A stretch of DNA of 64,000 nt, from the NCBI GenBank assembly GCA_045598365.1, contig JAZLLV010000056.1, positions 9,498-73,497 on the forward strand, in the 5' to 3' direction. The DNA is from Lachnospiraceae bacterium. GTDB lineage: Bacteria; Bacillota; Clostridia; Lachnospirales; Lachnospiraceae. Positions 47,323-57,145 of the stretch are shown piece after piece. How positions within the stretch are numbered: position 1 is the first letter of the stretch; each line of letters starts with the position of its first letter. The translations under genes were made by a program, and so were the position numbers. Below the pieces are notes generated by a model, which had not been told where the DNA came from, did not search any database, and saw only the letters and a program-made list of their open reading frames with translations.

Positions 47323-48590
47323 GAATTCTCTGGCTTTGCAACATAATACTTCCGTCAATAGCTATGAAACTTAACCTGAAACCGTCCAATAAGGAGGGAT
47401 GGCTTTCGGGTATTTGTGATGCAGTAAAAAGAAGCCATGACTTTGAACTGGGAATCTGCTTTCCTGTTTCGAAGGCAAATGACGGATTCTTTTGCGAAGA
47501 GGATGGAATATCCTATTTTGGATTTTATGAGGATACCGTTCATCCAGAAAAATACGATGAGAATTTAGAGGTGCGGCTTGGAAAAATTCTTTCGAAATAT
47601 CAGCCTAACCTGGTTCATATTTTCGGAACGGAATACCCTCATACACTTGCAATGTGCAGATGTTTAAGCGGGGTACCCGAAAAACTTCTTATAGGGATTC
47701 AGGGAATACTTGACATATACAAGGATCACTATTATGACGGAGTGCCGGAAGATGTTTACATGCGTTCCACTTTTCGGGATATCGTAAAGAGAGATTCAAT
47801 TCTTGCTCAGCGAAAGAAATTCTGTTTAAGAGCCTTAAACGAAGTGGAAGCGGTTAGGATTGCAGGCAATATAACGGGACGAACTCCGTTTGATAAGAAA
47901 TTTACAGAGGATACAAATCCCAAAGCAAACTATTATCACATGAATGAAACCCTTAGGAATACCTTTTACGAAGGTAAGTGGGACTATGATACCTGCGAAA
48001 AGCATTCTTTGTTTTTAAGTCAGGGCAATTATCCCATAAAAGGACTTCATACAGCATTAAAGGCAGTAAGCTCACTTAAATACAAATATCCTGACATTAA
48101 GGTTTATGTTGCGGGAGATAAAATTACAGCAATGAAAACCTTTAAGGATAAACTGAAAATCAGCTCCTACGGAAAATATATACTTGAACTGATAAGTATG
48201 TATAAGCTCGAGTCGGTTGTTTCTTTTACCGGTAGTCTGGATGCTGAAGGTATAAAGAAACAGCTGTTAAAATCAGAAACATTTTTGTGCCCGTCATCCA
48301 TTGAAAATTCGCCCAACTCCTTAGGAGAAGCAATGCTCCTTGGTGTTCCCTGCATTTCATCTGATGTAGGCGGAGTAAGAGGCATTTTTGAAGAGGGTGA
48401 AGACGGTCTTCTTTTTGCAAATACCGATTATGAGGGTCTTGCCCGTACCATAGATAAAATGTGGAGTAATGAAGGCAGTATGCTTGAGTTTTCAAGGAAC
48501 GCTTCAAGACATGCCGCTATTACGCATAACCCGGAAACAAACTATTCGAGGCTCTTGGAAATATACAGAGGGATTACAAAATGCGTATAA
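47319..48590 (+). CDS. Glycosyltransferase family 4
   Basis: VHIFGTE, KGLH, E-X7-E motif ENSPNSLGE, SDVGG. Confidence 0.88.
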   Translation: MRILWLCNIILPSIAMKLNLKPSNKEGWLSGICDAVKRSHDFELGICFPVSKANDGFFCEEDGISYFGFYEDTVHPEKYDENLEVRLGKILSKYQPNLVHIFGTEYPHTLAMCRCLSGVPEKLLIGIQGILDIYKDHYYDGVPEDVYMRSTFRDIVKRDSILAQRKKFCLRALNEVEAVRIAGNITGRTPFDKKFTEDTNPKANYYHMNETLRNTFYEGKWDYDTCEKHSLFLSQGNYPIKGLHTALKAVSSLKYKYPDIKVYVAGDKITAMKTFKDKLKISSYGKYILELISMYKLESVVSFTGSLDAEGIKKQLLKSETFLCPSSIENSPNSLGEAMLLGVPCISSDVGGVRGIFEEGEDGLLFANTDYEGLARTIDKMWSNEGSMLEFSRNASRHAAITHNPETNYSRLLEIYRGITKCV

Positions 48591-49705
48591 CATTTGTATC
48601 AAACTATATTAACCACCACCAGTTGCCGGTTTCGGATGGGCTTTATGAGCATCTTGGAGCGGATTATACCTTTATACAGACCGAGCCTATGGAAGAGGAA
48701 CGCATAAACATGGGCTGGGATGCCGATGCATCCAAGCGCCCGTATGTAAAGCTTTTCTATGAGGAGAAGGACCTTTGCGAAAAACTTATTCTTGAAAGTG
48801 ACTGTGTTATTTTTGGCGGCTGTGAAGATGAATCGATAATTAAGCCAAGGCTTTTAGCAAAGAAGTTCACGATTAGATATTCGGAAAGACTGTACAAAGA
48901 GGGGCGTTGGAAATTTGTATCACCCAGAGGCCTTAAGAAAAAATATAACGATCATACAAGATTCAGAAAGCAGGATGTCTTTTTGCTTTGTTCGGGAGCC
49001 TTTGTTAAGGGTGATTTTTCACTGGTTCGTGCCTATACCGGTAAGATGCTTAAGTACGGGTACTTTCCTAAAACCGAATTATATGATGACTTAAACCTGC
49101 TTAGAAATAATAATTCAAGAACAGAAATTCTTTGGGCCGCAAGGTTCATTTCCTGGAAGCATCCGGAAATGATGATTACACTGGCAGCACAGTTAAAAAG
49201 TCAGGGAATAGAAGCCCACATTACTATGGTGGGAACCGGCGAACTGTTTGATAAAACGGTAAGTGATTGTGAAAAAGCAGGATTGGCAGATTACATTTCC
49301 TTCGAGTCGGGAAAAACTCCTGACGAAGTAAGACTTTTGATGCGAAGGGCTGACATATTTGTTCTTACCTCTGACAGAAAAGAGGGCTGGGGTGCAGTTG
49401 TGAATGAGGCAATGAACTCCGGATGCGTGACGATAGCTTCGAAAAGCGTGGGTGCGGTTCCTTATCTTATTAGTCACGGGGAGAACGGATTAACATACAA
49501 AGCAAAGTCGGATAAGGATTTATACAAACAGGTTTATAAGGCAATAAACGATAAGAAAGGCGCAAAGGAAATCGGAAGAAAAGCTTATGAAACCATTACG
49601 GATTTATGGAATTCAGAGGTGGCAGTTGAAAGATTACTTGAATTCATTGAATCCAAAGGGAATACGCTTAATAAATATAAAACCGGTCCTTTGAGTAAAG
49701 CATGA
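48581..49705 (+). CDS. Glycosyltransferase family 4
   Basis: WAARFISWKH, E-X7-E motif EGWGAVVNE, VGAVPYLI. Confidence 0.88.
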   Translation: MRITFVSNYINHHQLPVSDGLYEHLGADYTFIQTEPMEEERINMGWDADASKRPYVKLFYEEKDLCEKLILESDCVIFGGCEDESIIKPRLLAKKFTIRYSERLYKEGRWKFVSPRGLKKKYNDHTRFRKQDVFLLCSGAFVKGDFSLVRAYTGKMLKYGYFPKTELYDDLNLLRNNNSRTEILWAARFISWKHPEMMITLAAQLKSQGIEAHITMVGTGELFDKTVSDCEKAGLADYISFESGKTPDEVRLLMRRADIFVLTSDRKEGWGAVVNEAMNSGCVTIASKSVGAVPYLISHGENGLTYKAKSDKDLYKQVYKAINDKKGAKEIGRKAYETITDLWNSEVAVERLLEFIESKGNTLNKYKTGPLSKA

Positions 49706-50703
49706 GTGTTTTTATTACTGTTATAGTTCCAATTTACAATATTGAAAAATATTTAAGACGCTGCCTCGACTCCATACTGAGTCAGACCTACAGTAATTAT
49801 GAACTGATTCTTGTAGATGACGGCTCTACAGACACAAGTGGGACAATTGCCGATGAATACGGGGAAAAGGATGACCGCATAATTGTTATTCACAAGAAAA
49901 ACGGCGGCTCTTCAAGCGCAAGAAATGAAGCACTGAAAATTGCTAAAGGTGAATACATATCCTTTATAGACAGCGATGATTATATAGAGCCTGATTTTCT
50001 GGAGACTCTTGTAGCGCCTATTATTGCGGCAAAAGAAGCAGGTAAGTTTTTACCTGAGTTTGTGCAGGTGGGGCGTAATGAAATCGATGAAGACGGAAAA
50101 CTTCGTCCTGACATATGTGTACCTGCTTCAGCGGAAGTTTGGATTGATTCCAAGGACTTTATTTTTGAACTTCTTATGCACAGAGGTGACTGCTCTTTTT
50201 GTACCAAGCTGTCTGCAAAGAAGCTGTTTGAAAAAAGGGATTTCCCGGTGGGAAAACTGAATGAAGATTTTCACATTATGATTCAGATGCTTTTTGAAGG
50301 GAGCAAAGTGGTGAGCCTTCCCGGTTATAAGTATCATGTTTTCTACAGAATCGGCAGCAACTCGCGAAAAGAGAATAAAAACATTTTTTCACCGGTATTT
50401 AAGGACAGCGTTGATAACGCAGACATGGTGGAAAAGATTGTTATGGAAAAAATGCCCGAATTAAAAGAGGTTTCGAGACGTTTTGCACTGTTCCAAAGAA
50501 TCGAGTATTTGCTTCATATCCCGATTCCTTTTATGAACAAAAACTACGAAGGTTACCCGGAATGTGTTTCCTACATAAGAAAACATTTTTTCTCCGGAAT
50601 GACCAACAGATATTTAACACTGAAGAATAAGATTTATATTGCGATTTTCGCAGTGGCACCTAAAATTTCCCGTGTAATTCACAGTAAGATTAAAGGATTA
50701 TAA
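49702..50703 (+). CDS. Glycosyltransferase family 2
   Basis: VIVPIYN, VDDGSTD, SARN, FIDSDD, NEDF. Confidence 0.9.
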   Translation: MSVFITVIVPIYNIEKYLRRCLDSILSQTYSNYELILVDDGSTDTSGTIADEYGEKDDRIIVIHKKNGGSSSARNEALKIAKGEYISFIDSDDYIEPDFLETLVAPIIAAKEAGKFLPEFVQVGRNEIDEDGKLRPDICVPASAEVWIDSKDFIFELLMHRGDCSFCTKLSAKKLFEKRDFPVGKLNEDFHIMIQMLFEGSKVVSLPGYKYHVFYRIGSNSRKENKNIFSPVFKDSVDNADMVEKIVMEKMPELKEVSRRFALFQRIEYLLHIPIPFMNKNYEGYPECVSYIRKHFFSGMTNRYLTLKNKIYIAIFAVAPKISRVIHSKIKGL

Positions 50704-50775
50704 AGCATTGGATAGGGAGTTAACGTAGTTGACTTAAGAAACTAACAGAAATGTAGTCATAAAGGGAATAGAAAA

Positions 50776-52338
50776 ATGAAGGAAAATGTGTTAAAAAAGC
50801 TGAATATAATAACCTTTGTGGTCATTATAGCTGCAGTGGCGGCTCTGGTTTATGTGATTGCTTTTTCAAAGAGCAGGCCCTCATTGTCAGGTGATAAACG
50901 CCTTGCGGCCATAGTTCAGAGCGAAAACGAAAAACTGTCATATGAGCATGATTTTCATGTTTTTATGAGAAACGCTTTTTCAAAAAGGGCAGATGAGGTT
51001 TCGGTCAGAAGCGATGACATCAGAAACCTTAGTTTAGGCTCCTATGAAAATGTTCAGATTTCAATGTGGGATGATTCACTTTGCACCCCTGAATGGTATG
51101 AGGTATTCTTTGCAAAAAAGCTTTTGAATACGAATTATAATATTTCATCACCACAGGAACTTTTTGCATATTTGAATAGCTGCTTTTCTTCCGAAAATGA
51201 GGTGTCTAAAATACATTTATGTCTTGAACCTAAGTCGTTTGAAGAGCAATACTACGAAAACATATACTATGATGCTGAACCGGCATCGTATGAAGAATAT
51301 TTGATGGATGAACTTATTCCGCTTATTAATGAAAACAAGAATGTAGCCATTGATATATTTTTACCTATTAAGCCTCTTTCATACTTTGCGGAAATGTCCA
51401 AAGACGAGTTCGATGATTTGTTCGGTAAATGGTACAGTTTTTTAATGATGCTTAAATGGTGTGATAATGTAAGGGTTTCGTACCTTGGAGCAGAAGAATG
51501 GCTTATTACCAGAGAAGATTTGTTTACGGAGACCGGAGAACTTAAGAGGCCTGTTTTGGAAAATGCATACTTAAATGAATATGCGTATGAAGAATACACG
51601 GTCAATGCACCGGAACTAAAAGAAAAGAGTAAACAGATTGCCTCATACATGGATAAGCTTAATCATGGCTGGTATGACTGGAGCGGTTTTGAAGAAGATA
51701 CATTGGTTTTCTTTGGAGACAGCATATTTTCCTGCGGGGCAATATCTGAATTCAATATTCCGGAATATTTAAGTCAATATACGGGAAGTTTACATGTTAA
51801 TCGTGCAATTCCCGGAACGCTTGCAACAAGTGGCAGGGAAAACAGCTTTCTGGAGATTTTAGAAGATTCCCTGGCTCATGAACTTTCAGAATATGCAAAC
51901 GAAGATCCTGTCGGTGAAAAATTATGTGTATTTATAAATTACGGTACAAATGATTATTTTTCGGGTATTCCGCTTAAGGACAAAAATGATGAACTTAATG
52001 AAGAAACCTTTGAGGGGGCACTGAGAAAAGGTGTCCAAAGAATCAAAGAAGTTTTTCCGGAGAGCAAGGTTGTTTTATTAACGCCCTATACAATTTCCAT
52101 TGGCAATTTTGGAAAGGATAAATATGACAAAAAGGGTGGCAGAATGGCTGATTACATTTCCTCAGTTGAAAAAGTCGCAGATGATTGTGGAGTTATTTCA
52201 ATCAACATGAAAAAACTCTTTTCAGGCACAGAAACTGAAAGCAGAGAATATTTAAGAGACGGTGTTCATCCGGCTACCAGCAAAGCAATTTTGTTTTCGC
52301 GAATAATATACGAAAAAACTATGGAGGCTCTGCAATGA
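50776..52338 (+). CDS. Membrane-anchored protein with C-terminal SGNH/GDSL hydrolase domain
   Basis: N-terminal TM; FFGDS (block I), PG (II), YGTND (III), DGVHP (V). Large uncharacterised N-terminal region. Confidence 0.8.
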   Translation: MKENVLKKLNIITFVVIIAAVAALVYVIAFSKSRPSLSGDKRLAAIVQSENEKLSYEHDFHVFMRNAFSKRADEVSVRSDDIRNLSLGSYENVQISMWDDSLCTPEWYEVFFAKKLLNTNYNISSPQELFAYLNSCFSSENEVSKIHLCLEPKSFEEQYYENIYYDAEPASYEEYLMDELIPLINENKNVAIDIFLPIKPLSYFAEMSKDEFDDLFGKWYSFLMMLKWCDNVRVSYLGAEEWLITREDLFTETGELKRPVLENAYLNEYAYEEYTVNAPELKEKSKQIASYMDKLNHGWYDWSGFEEDTLVFFGDSIFSCGAISEFNIPEYLSQYTGSLHVNRAIPGTLATSGRENSFLEILEDSLAHELSEYANEDPVGEKLCVFINYGTNDYFSGIPLKDKNDELNEETFEGALRKGVQRIKEVFPESKVVLLTPYTISIGNFGKDKYDKKGGRMADYISSVEKVADDCGVISINMKKLFSGTETESREYLRDGVHPATSKAILFSRIIYEKTMEALQ

Positions 52339-52409
52339 AATACGCATTGATTGGATGTGAAAGAATTTCCACAAATCATATAATAGCACCATTGATAATA
52401 AGTCGATGA
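52335..52409 (+). pseudogene. Short remnant of a Gfo/Idh/MocA (WlbA-like) oxidoreductase
   Basis: MKYALIGCERISTNHIIAP resembles the N-terminus of such enzymes (MKYALIGCGRI..NH); stop after 24 codons. ATGA overlap with the upstream stop and an upstream GGAGG. Confidence 0.5.
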
Positions 52410-52530
52410 GGAAAATTTTTCAGATATAGTTTTATTCCTTCTTCTTAACAAATATGTAGCTAGGTTACAACAGGCGGAAGTGGCGTAGCTCATAAAGATA
52501 AAAATAATTCTTATAATAGGAGAATACAAT

Positions 52531-53845
52531 ATGATTTCGTTTGTGGTTCTTTTTACATTGGTGCTGGGCAACCTTGTTTTGGGAAATATTATTGGATATC
52601 AAATTTTTAAGGATTTGCTTTTTAACTATTCGTGTGCATTTATCTATATAGCTTTTATGATTTTGAGAAAAGCCAAAATAAGAAAGAAACTGATATTCGG
52701 CATTGTTGTGTATGCTTGCTATGCCATTTATTTTCTAGTATTTCATAGAAATGATTGGGGATGGCATTATTGTACTTTATTGATATCTGAGTTTGTAATG
52801 TATGGGTCTTTGGTACTTCTACTTATATCAACGGATGTACTTATTAGTTTTCGAGAAAAGCCATTGCGTATCAATTTTCTATTAATTTTGAGTGCAATGA
52901 CTCTTTTCGTTGTTCTTGTTGCTGGTCAAAAATATGCCATACCGGTTATTATTCCGATTCTCTTGCTATCTGCAGTAAAACCCACGAAAGAAGAGTTTAA
53001 CAAGGGAATCATGGCTTTGTCATTTGCTGCATATATTGATTTTCTTATATTTCTTTCGCTTTCATTTATTGTTGCTCCGAATGTATATGAAGGAAACAGA
53101 TATTTGGGCTTCTTTCACTTCCCTGTGGTAGGGGGGCTTATATCTTCTATTGCATTTCTAGCGGGTATCATACTTATATCCTTTTTTTTCGAGAAAATTC
53201 AAAACCCAAAAGAGCAAGGTGCTTTTGGGCGTTACTATATTGCTATACCCAGGGGTTGGTATTTTGACATTTTTTAATAAAGCTTCACTTTTAGGGCTTT
53301 TGTGTGTTGGTATTATGGTGTTTATTATCGGGTTTAACAGACATGATTCGAAAAAAGTTCTAGGAAGAAGCTTACTTGTCTTTGGGATTGCTTTGTTCGG
53401 CATTATCATTCTTTCGATATCATTACACTTTTTTATTAAGACTGGTACGCCTAAGTTGGATGAATATGCTAATAATCATTATGAAAACCCCCTGGGGATG
53501 TATATTGTGAATGTTATAAGAAAGACGCTTAACAGTGAGAGTAAAACTGGGTTATTCTTGGATGGCACGGTGAAAAATGCGTATGATCATCTTTCCAGCA
53601 GTCGACTTGGAATTTGGTATATAGGCGTTAAGCAGATTAATTTTTTCGGTAATTCTGATACTGCAGTTACTGTTCCAAATGGTGAATTTTATGCCCATAC
53701 TCATAATACATATCTGGATATATTCTTACGCTTCGGCTGGATAGGCGGTTGTATTATTATCTTGTGGTTTTTTGTGTGCTTTTGTACCCTCTGTATAATG
53801 AAAACGTGGAGTAATATTACGGATGAATGTGAAAAAATCTTTTGA
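52531..53845 (+). pseudogene. O-antigen ligase/Wzy polymerase family gene split by a 1-nt frameshift
   Basis: Two overlapping hydrophobic ORFs (52531-53277 and 53219-53845). The second carries SSRLGIW...FFG...HTHNTYLDIFLRFG. Removing one T from the T8 tract at 53182-53189 joins them into a 437-aa ORF. Confidence 0.7.
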
Positions 53846-55514
53846 CAAAAGAATATTTTTCCCTATAGCACATTTTCTTCTTTCATTTGTTTACGAGCAT
53901 TTTGTGCTTTTGTTTGAGGATTCAAAGGCAGTGGCTTTTTCTGTACCCATAAATGGTACCTTTAGCGACACTTTTGAAAAATGGATGTGCTATGGTATAT
54001 CGAAGCTGATGGCCTTTATCATTATCTTTTTGCTGTGGGGACTTTTGTTTAGTGTGATTGATAAAAAGACCGACAGGGAAACAACGGTTGTTTTTTCTGT
54101 TGTCATGGCGCTTTTCTGGCTGCTTACGATAATACAGTGGCCGGAGGTTTTCACTACGGGCGGGGACAATTATATTCCCTACTCCTATGCAATAAGATTG
54201 GTTCCTGAATATTGGCATTCTGTCTATTTGAGCTGCATGTATACTGCAGCTTTAATGGTATTCCCACATAACATTTCAATTTCTCTTTTGCAGTGTACCT
54301 CATTCATTATTGCAATTGCCTATTTATATCAAAGGATTAATACTTCCGAAAGATTGAAAAATGTTAAATGGGTGAGATTTTTCCTCCCTTTGATGCTTAT
54401 TTTCAGAGATACCGCCAATGTATCCACAAACCCTGAAAGGGCGGAGATTAATGTTAGCTTTATGTTGTTCTTTGTGTCCTTCATACTGATGGATACAATT
54501 GAAAAAAGACAAAGAACAAATAAGGAACTGATTCTTTTTTCCGCATTTTCCGCCTTTTTTGCATTGTACCGGTCGGAAAACATTATTATTGCAGTATTGG
54601 GACTTTTGCTTCTTTTTTGCCACCGTTTCGGTCGGGAAATCATTAAAGCAGTGCCTTACATTTTAGTGTTTGGAATTTCTTTTGCGATAATATCTTTGCC
54701 TTCAAAAGTCGGAGAGATAAAGTACTATGGAAAAGACTATTCCATAATGAATTCCTTTGAAAGCCTTCAGAATATTCTGAATAAATCAGACAGCAATTTG
54801 TCATATAATGGAGCGGAAGCTGATCTTAGTGCGATAGAGGCAATAGTACCGGTGGAGTATATAAAGGCCTTTGGCTCGGACGGCTACAGAAGGAAAAATT
54901 ATATGGAAGGCAGACATGACTTTAATCAGTCATGTGCCGATATTGAAGATTCTAACGCATATCTTGCAGCCTATAAAAGAATTATTATTCATAACCCTGT
55001 TACTTATGCAAAGACGCAGATTAATTTACTGTTGAGAGCATTGGGATTTAAGGTAAAGCCATATAAGGAAGCATATGCAGGTGTGGAGCCTGCCATTCCG
55101 TATAGAGGTGAAGAAATCTGGAATGTGGGCAGAGATGATATGGCTAATGTTCCGGGATTCTACAAAATGTCACATTTCGGCATAAGAAACAAACTTACCG
55201 GATATATAGCAACCGTAAGGTCATTTTATATTGACAGGGTTACTAAGTACTACTTATATACCGGATTCATCGTGCTGGAATTTTTATTGAGTATTTATAT
55301 GGTAGTTGAGTCTGTTATCGGGCTGATTAGAAAGAAAAAGGTATTTGTGCATGTGCCCGGAATGGCTCTCATTATGGATATGTACTTCTGCGCCCTGGCT
55401 TTGGTTATGCCTGTGGCGGCAAATATGTATTTTCATGCCTATATTTACGGAATGTATGTTGTAACAATATTGTTTTTTGCAATTAAAATCACCGGCAGAA
55501 AGGATAGCCTGTAA
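53823..55514 (+). CDS. Multi-pass membrane protein, distantly DUF6020/GT-C-like
   Basis: Long hydrophobic ORF; TGGD...WHSVY, YRSEN and HNPVTY segments fall in positions loosely similar to the DUF6020-like paralogs. Confidence 0.55.
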   Translation: MNVKKSFDKRIFFPIAHFLLSFVYEHFVLLFEDSKAVAFSVPINGTFSDTFEKWMCYGISKLMAFIIIFLLWGLLFSVIDKKTDRETTVVFSVVMALFWLLTIIQWPEVFTTGGDNYIPYSYAIRLVPEYWHSVYLSCMYTAALMVFPHNISISLLQCTSFIIAIAYLYQRINTSERLKNVKWVRFFLPLMLIFRDTANVSTNPERAEINVSFMLFFVSFILMDTIEKRQRTNKELILFSAFSAFFALYRSENIIIAVLGLLLLFCHRFGREIIKAVPYILVFGISFAIISLPSKVGEIKYYGKDYSIMNSFESLQNILNKSDSNLSYNGAEADLSAIEAIVPVEYIKAFGSDGYRRKNYMEGRHDFNQSCADIEDSNAYLAAYKRIIIHNPVTYAKTQINLLLRALGFKVKPYKEAYAGVEPAIPYRGEEIWNVGRDDMANVPGFYKMSHFGIRNKLTGYIATVRSFYIDRVTKYYLYTGFIVLEFLLSIYMVVESVIGLIRKKKVFVHVPGMALIMDMYFCALALVMPVAANMYFHAYIYGMYVVTILFFAIKITGRKDSL

Positions 55515-55516
55515 CG

Positions 55517-57124
55517 ATGCTTAATAAGCTGACAACAAAAGATTGCATATATGCGGGCATAGGCGGATTTATTATTTCTTTGATGCTCGTTCTGGGTGCT
55601 TTTGTCAAAAGAAGCGGAACTGTTTTTGAACATGGTATAAAAATTCTGTATATTTTGCCGGTATTTGCCGTTTGTACAGGTGTTCTTTTGCTTTTGTTTA
55701 TGCTTATGAAAAGAATGGGCAGGACAACTGTCTGCCCTCTTCCGAATCGCCTTGTTAGAAGCTCCTTTGTTTATTTTGTTTTGATGTTTGTTGCAGTACT
55801 GATACTGTGGCTTCCTTCTCTTCTTGCGGTCTATCCGGGATTGTATACATATGATGCATCATGGCAGCATGATATGTATAAGGATAACATCGTTACGGAA
55901 CACCATCCTGTGTGGCACACTTACCTTTTGGGGTGGTGTACGGAAACCTTTAGAAATGCGGACGGAATGAATAAAGGTGTATTTTTGTACACTGTAATTC
56001 AAATGATTATTATGGGTATTGGCTGTGCATATATTTTGTATCTGCTGCACAGGAGAAAAGAACCTGCATGGATGCATGTGTTTGCATTGGCATTCTTTTG
56101 TCTTTATCCGCCATTCGTAATATTTGTGTTCACAAATACAAAAGACAGCATTTTCGCAATAGCAATAGCTGATTTTCTGCTGTTAAATCTGGATATCATA
56201 GAAAATAGGGATGCTTTTTTTGAAAAAATATCCAATATGATTTCGTGGATTATATTATTCTTTTTGATATCTACACTTAGAAATAATGCAGTATATGCGC
56301 TGATAATTGTACTTCCTTTTTTTCTGTGGAAAGTACTTTTTAAGTCAGGAAAAAATCTTAAGGCGCTTTTGATGGTGTCGATTGCTTTGGTTATATATCT
56401 TGTTTATAAATACCCGATAACCAATGCAATAACCGTGGAAGGAATAGCTGAAAGAGAAAAACTTTCGGTACCCTGCCAGCAGGTTATGAGAGTTTACACA
56501 TACCATAGAAATGAGTTAGAGGATGAAGAGAAAGCAGCCATAAGGCGGGCTTTTGAATCAAAGCGCTGGAATATGTATTACCAGCCCCAGATTGCTGACC
56601 CTGCAAAGGGCGCTTTTGATATTGAACTTTTTGAAGAAAAAAAGAGCGAATGCGTGAAGTTCTGGCTGAATCTTGGTAAGAAGTATCCAACGGAATATAT
56701 AGATTCTTTCATTGAAAATACCTATGGTTTCTGGTACCCCTGGCCCAAATATGTTTCATATTACGATGGAAGGACAGCCTACACTCCCATAGAGTGCAAA
56801 GATCCGGCTGCCATGAACAGTAAACTTCCCGCGCTTCTTAACTTTTTTAAACTGTTTGAAAACAGCAGTGTAGTGGATGGAAATGTTTTTATTTCCTGGA
56901 TTTTTTCGCCTGCTCTATTTTTATATATAGCTTTCTTTGTGGCTTTGGTTGTCATTAAAGAGAGAGGATTAAAATATATTTTGCCGTTTTTGTTTATTGC
57001 ACTTTTGTGGGCAACATATTTGCTTGGTCCGGTTGCAGCAGTCAGGTATGCATTTTTTATGTTCCCGTGTGTTGTTGTCTGGCCTGCTTTTATCAGGTCA
57101 TGTAAACAGGCAGATTTAGTATAG
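55517..57124 (+). CDS. Multi-pass membrane protein, DUF6020-like
   Basis: YPGLYTYD, HHPVWHT, TKDSIFA, LRNNA, SVPCQQVMRV, LLGPVAAVRY; paralog of 7937-9547. Confidence 0.65.
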   Translation: MLNKLTTKDCIYAGIGGFIISLMLVLGAFVKRSGTVFEHGIKILYILPVFAVCTGVLLLLFMLMKRMGRTTVCPLPNRLVRSSFVYFVLMFVAVLILWLPSLLAVYPGLYTYDASWQHDMYKDNIVTEHHPVWHTYLLGWCTETFRNADGMNKGVFLYTVIQMIIMGIGCAYILYLLHRRKEPAWMHVFALAFFCLYPPFVIFVFTNTKDSIFAIAIADFLLLNLDIIENRDAFFEKISNMISWIILFFLISTLRNNAVYALIIVLPFFLWKVLFKSGKNLKALLMVSIALVIYLVYKYPITNAITVEGIAEREKLSVPCQQVMRVYTYHRNELEDEEKAAIRRAFESKRWNMYYQPQIADPAKGAFDIELFEEKKSECVKFWLNLGKKYPTEYIDSFIENTYGFWYPWPKYVSYYDGRTAYTPIECKDPAAMNSKLPALLNFFKLFENSSVVDGNVFISWIFSPALFLYIAFFVALVVIKERGLKYILPFLFIALLWATYLLGPVAAVRYAFFMFPCVVVWPAFIRSCKQADLV

Positions 57125-57145
57125 ATTGATCTATAGGAGAGTTAA

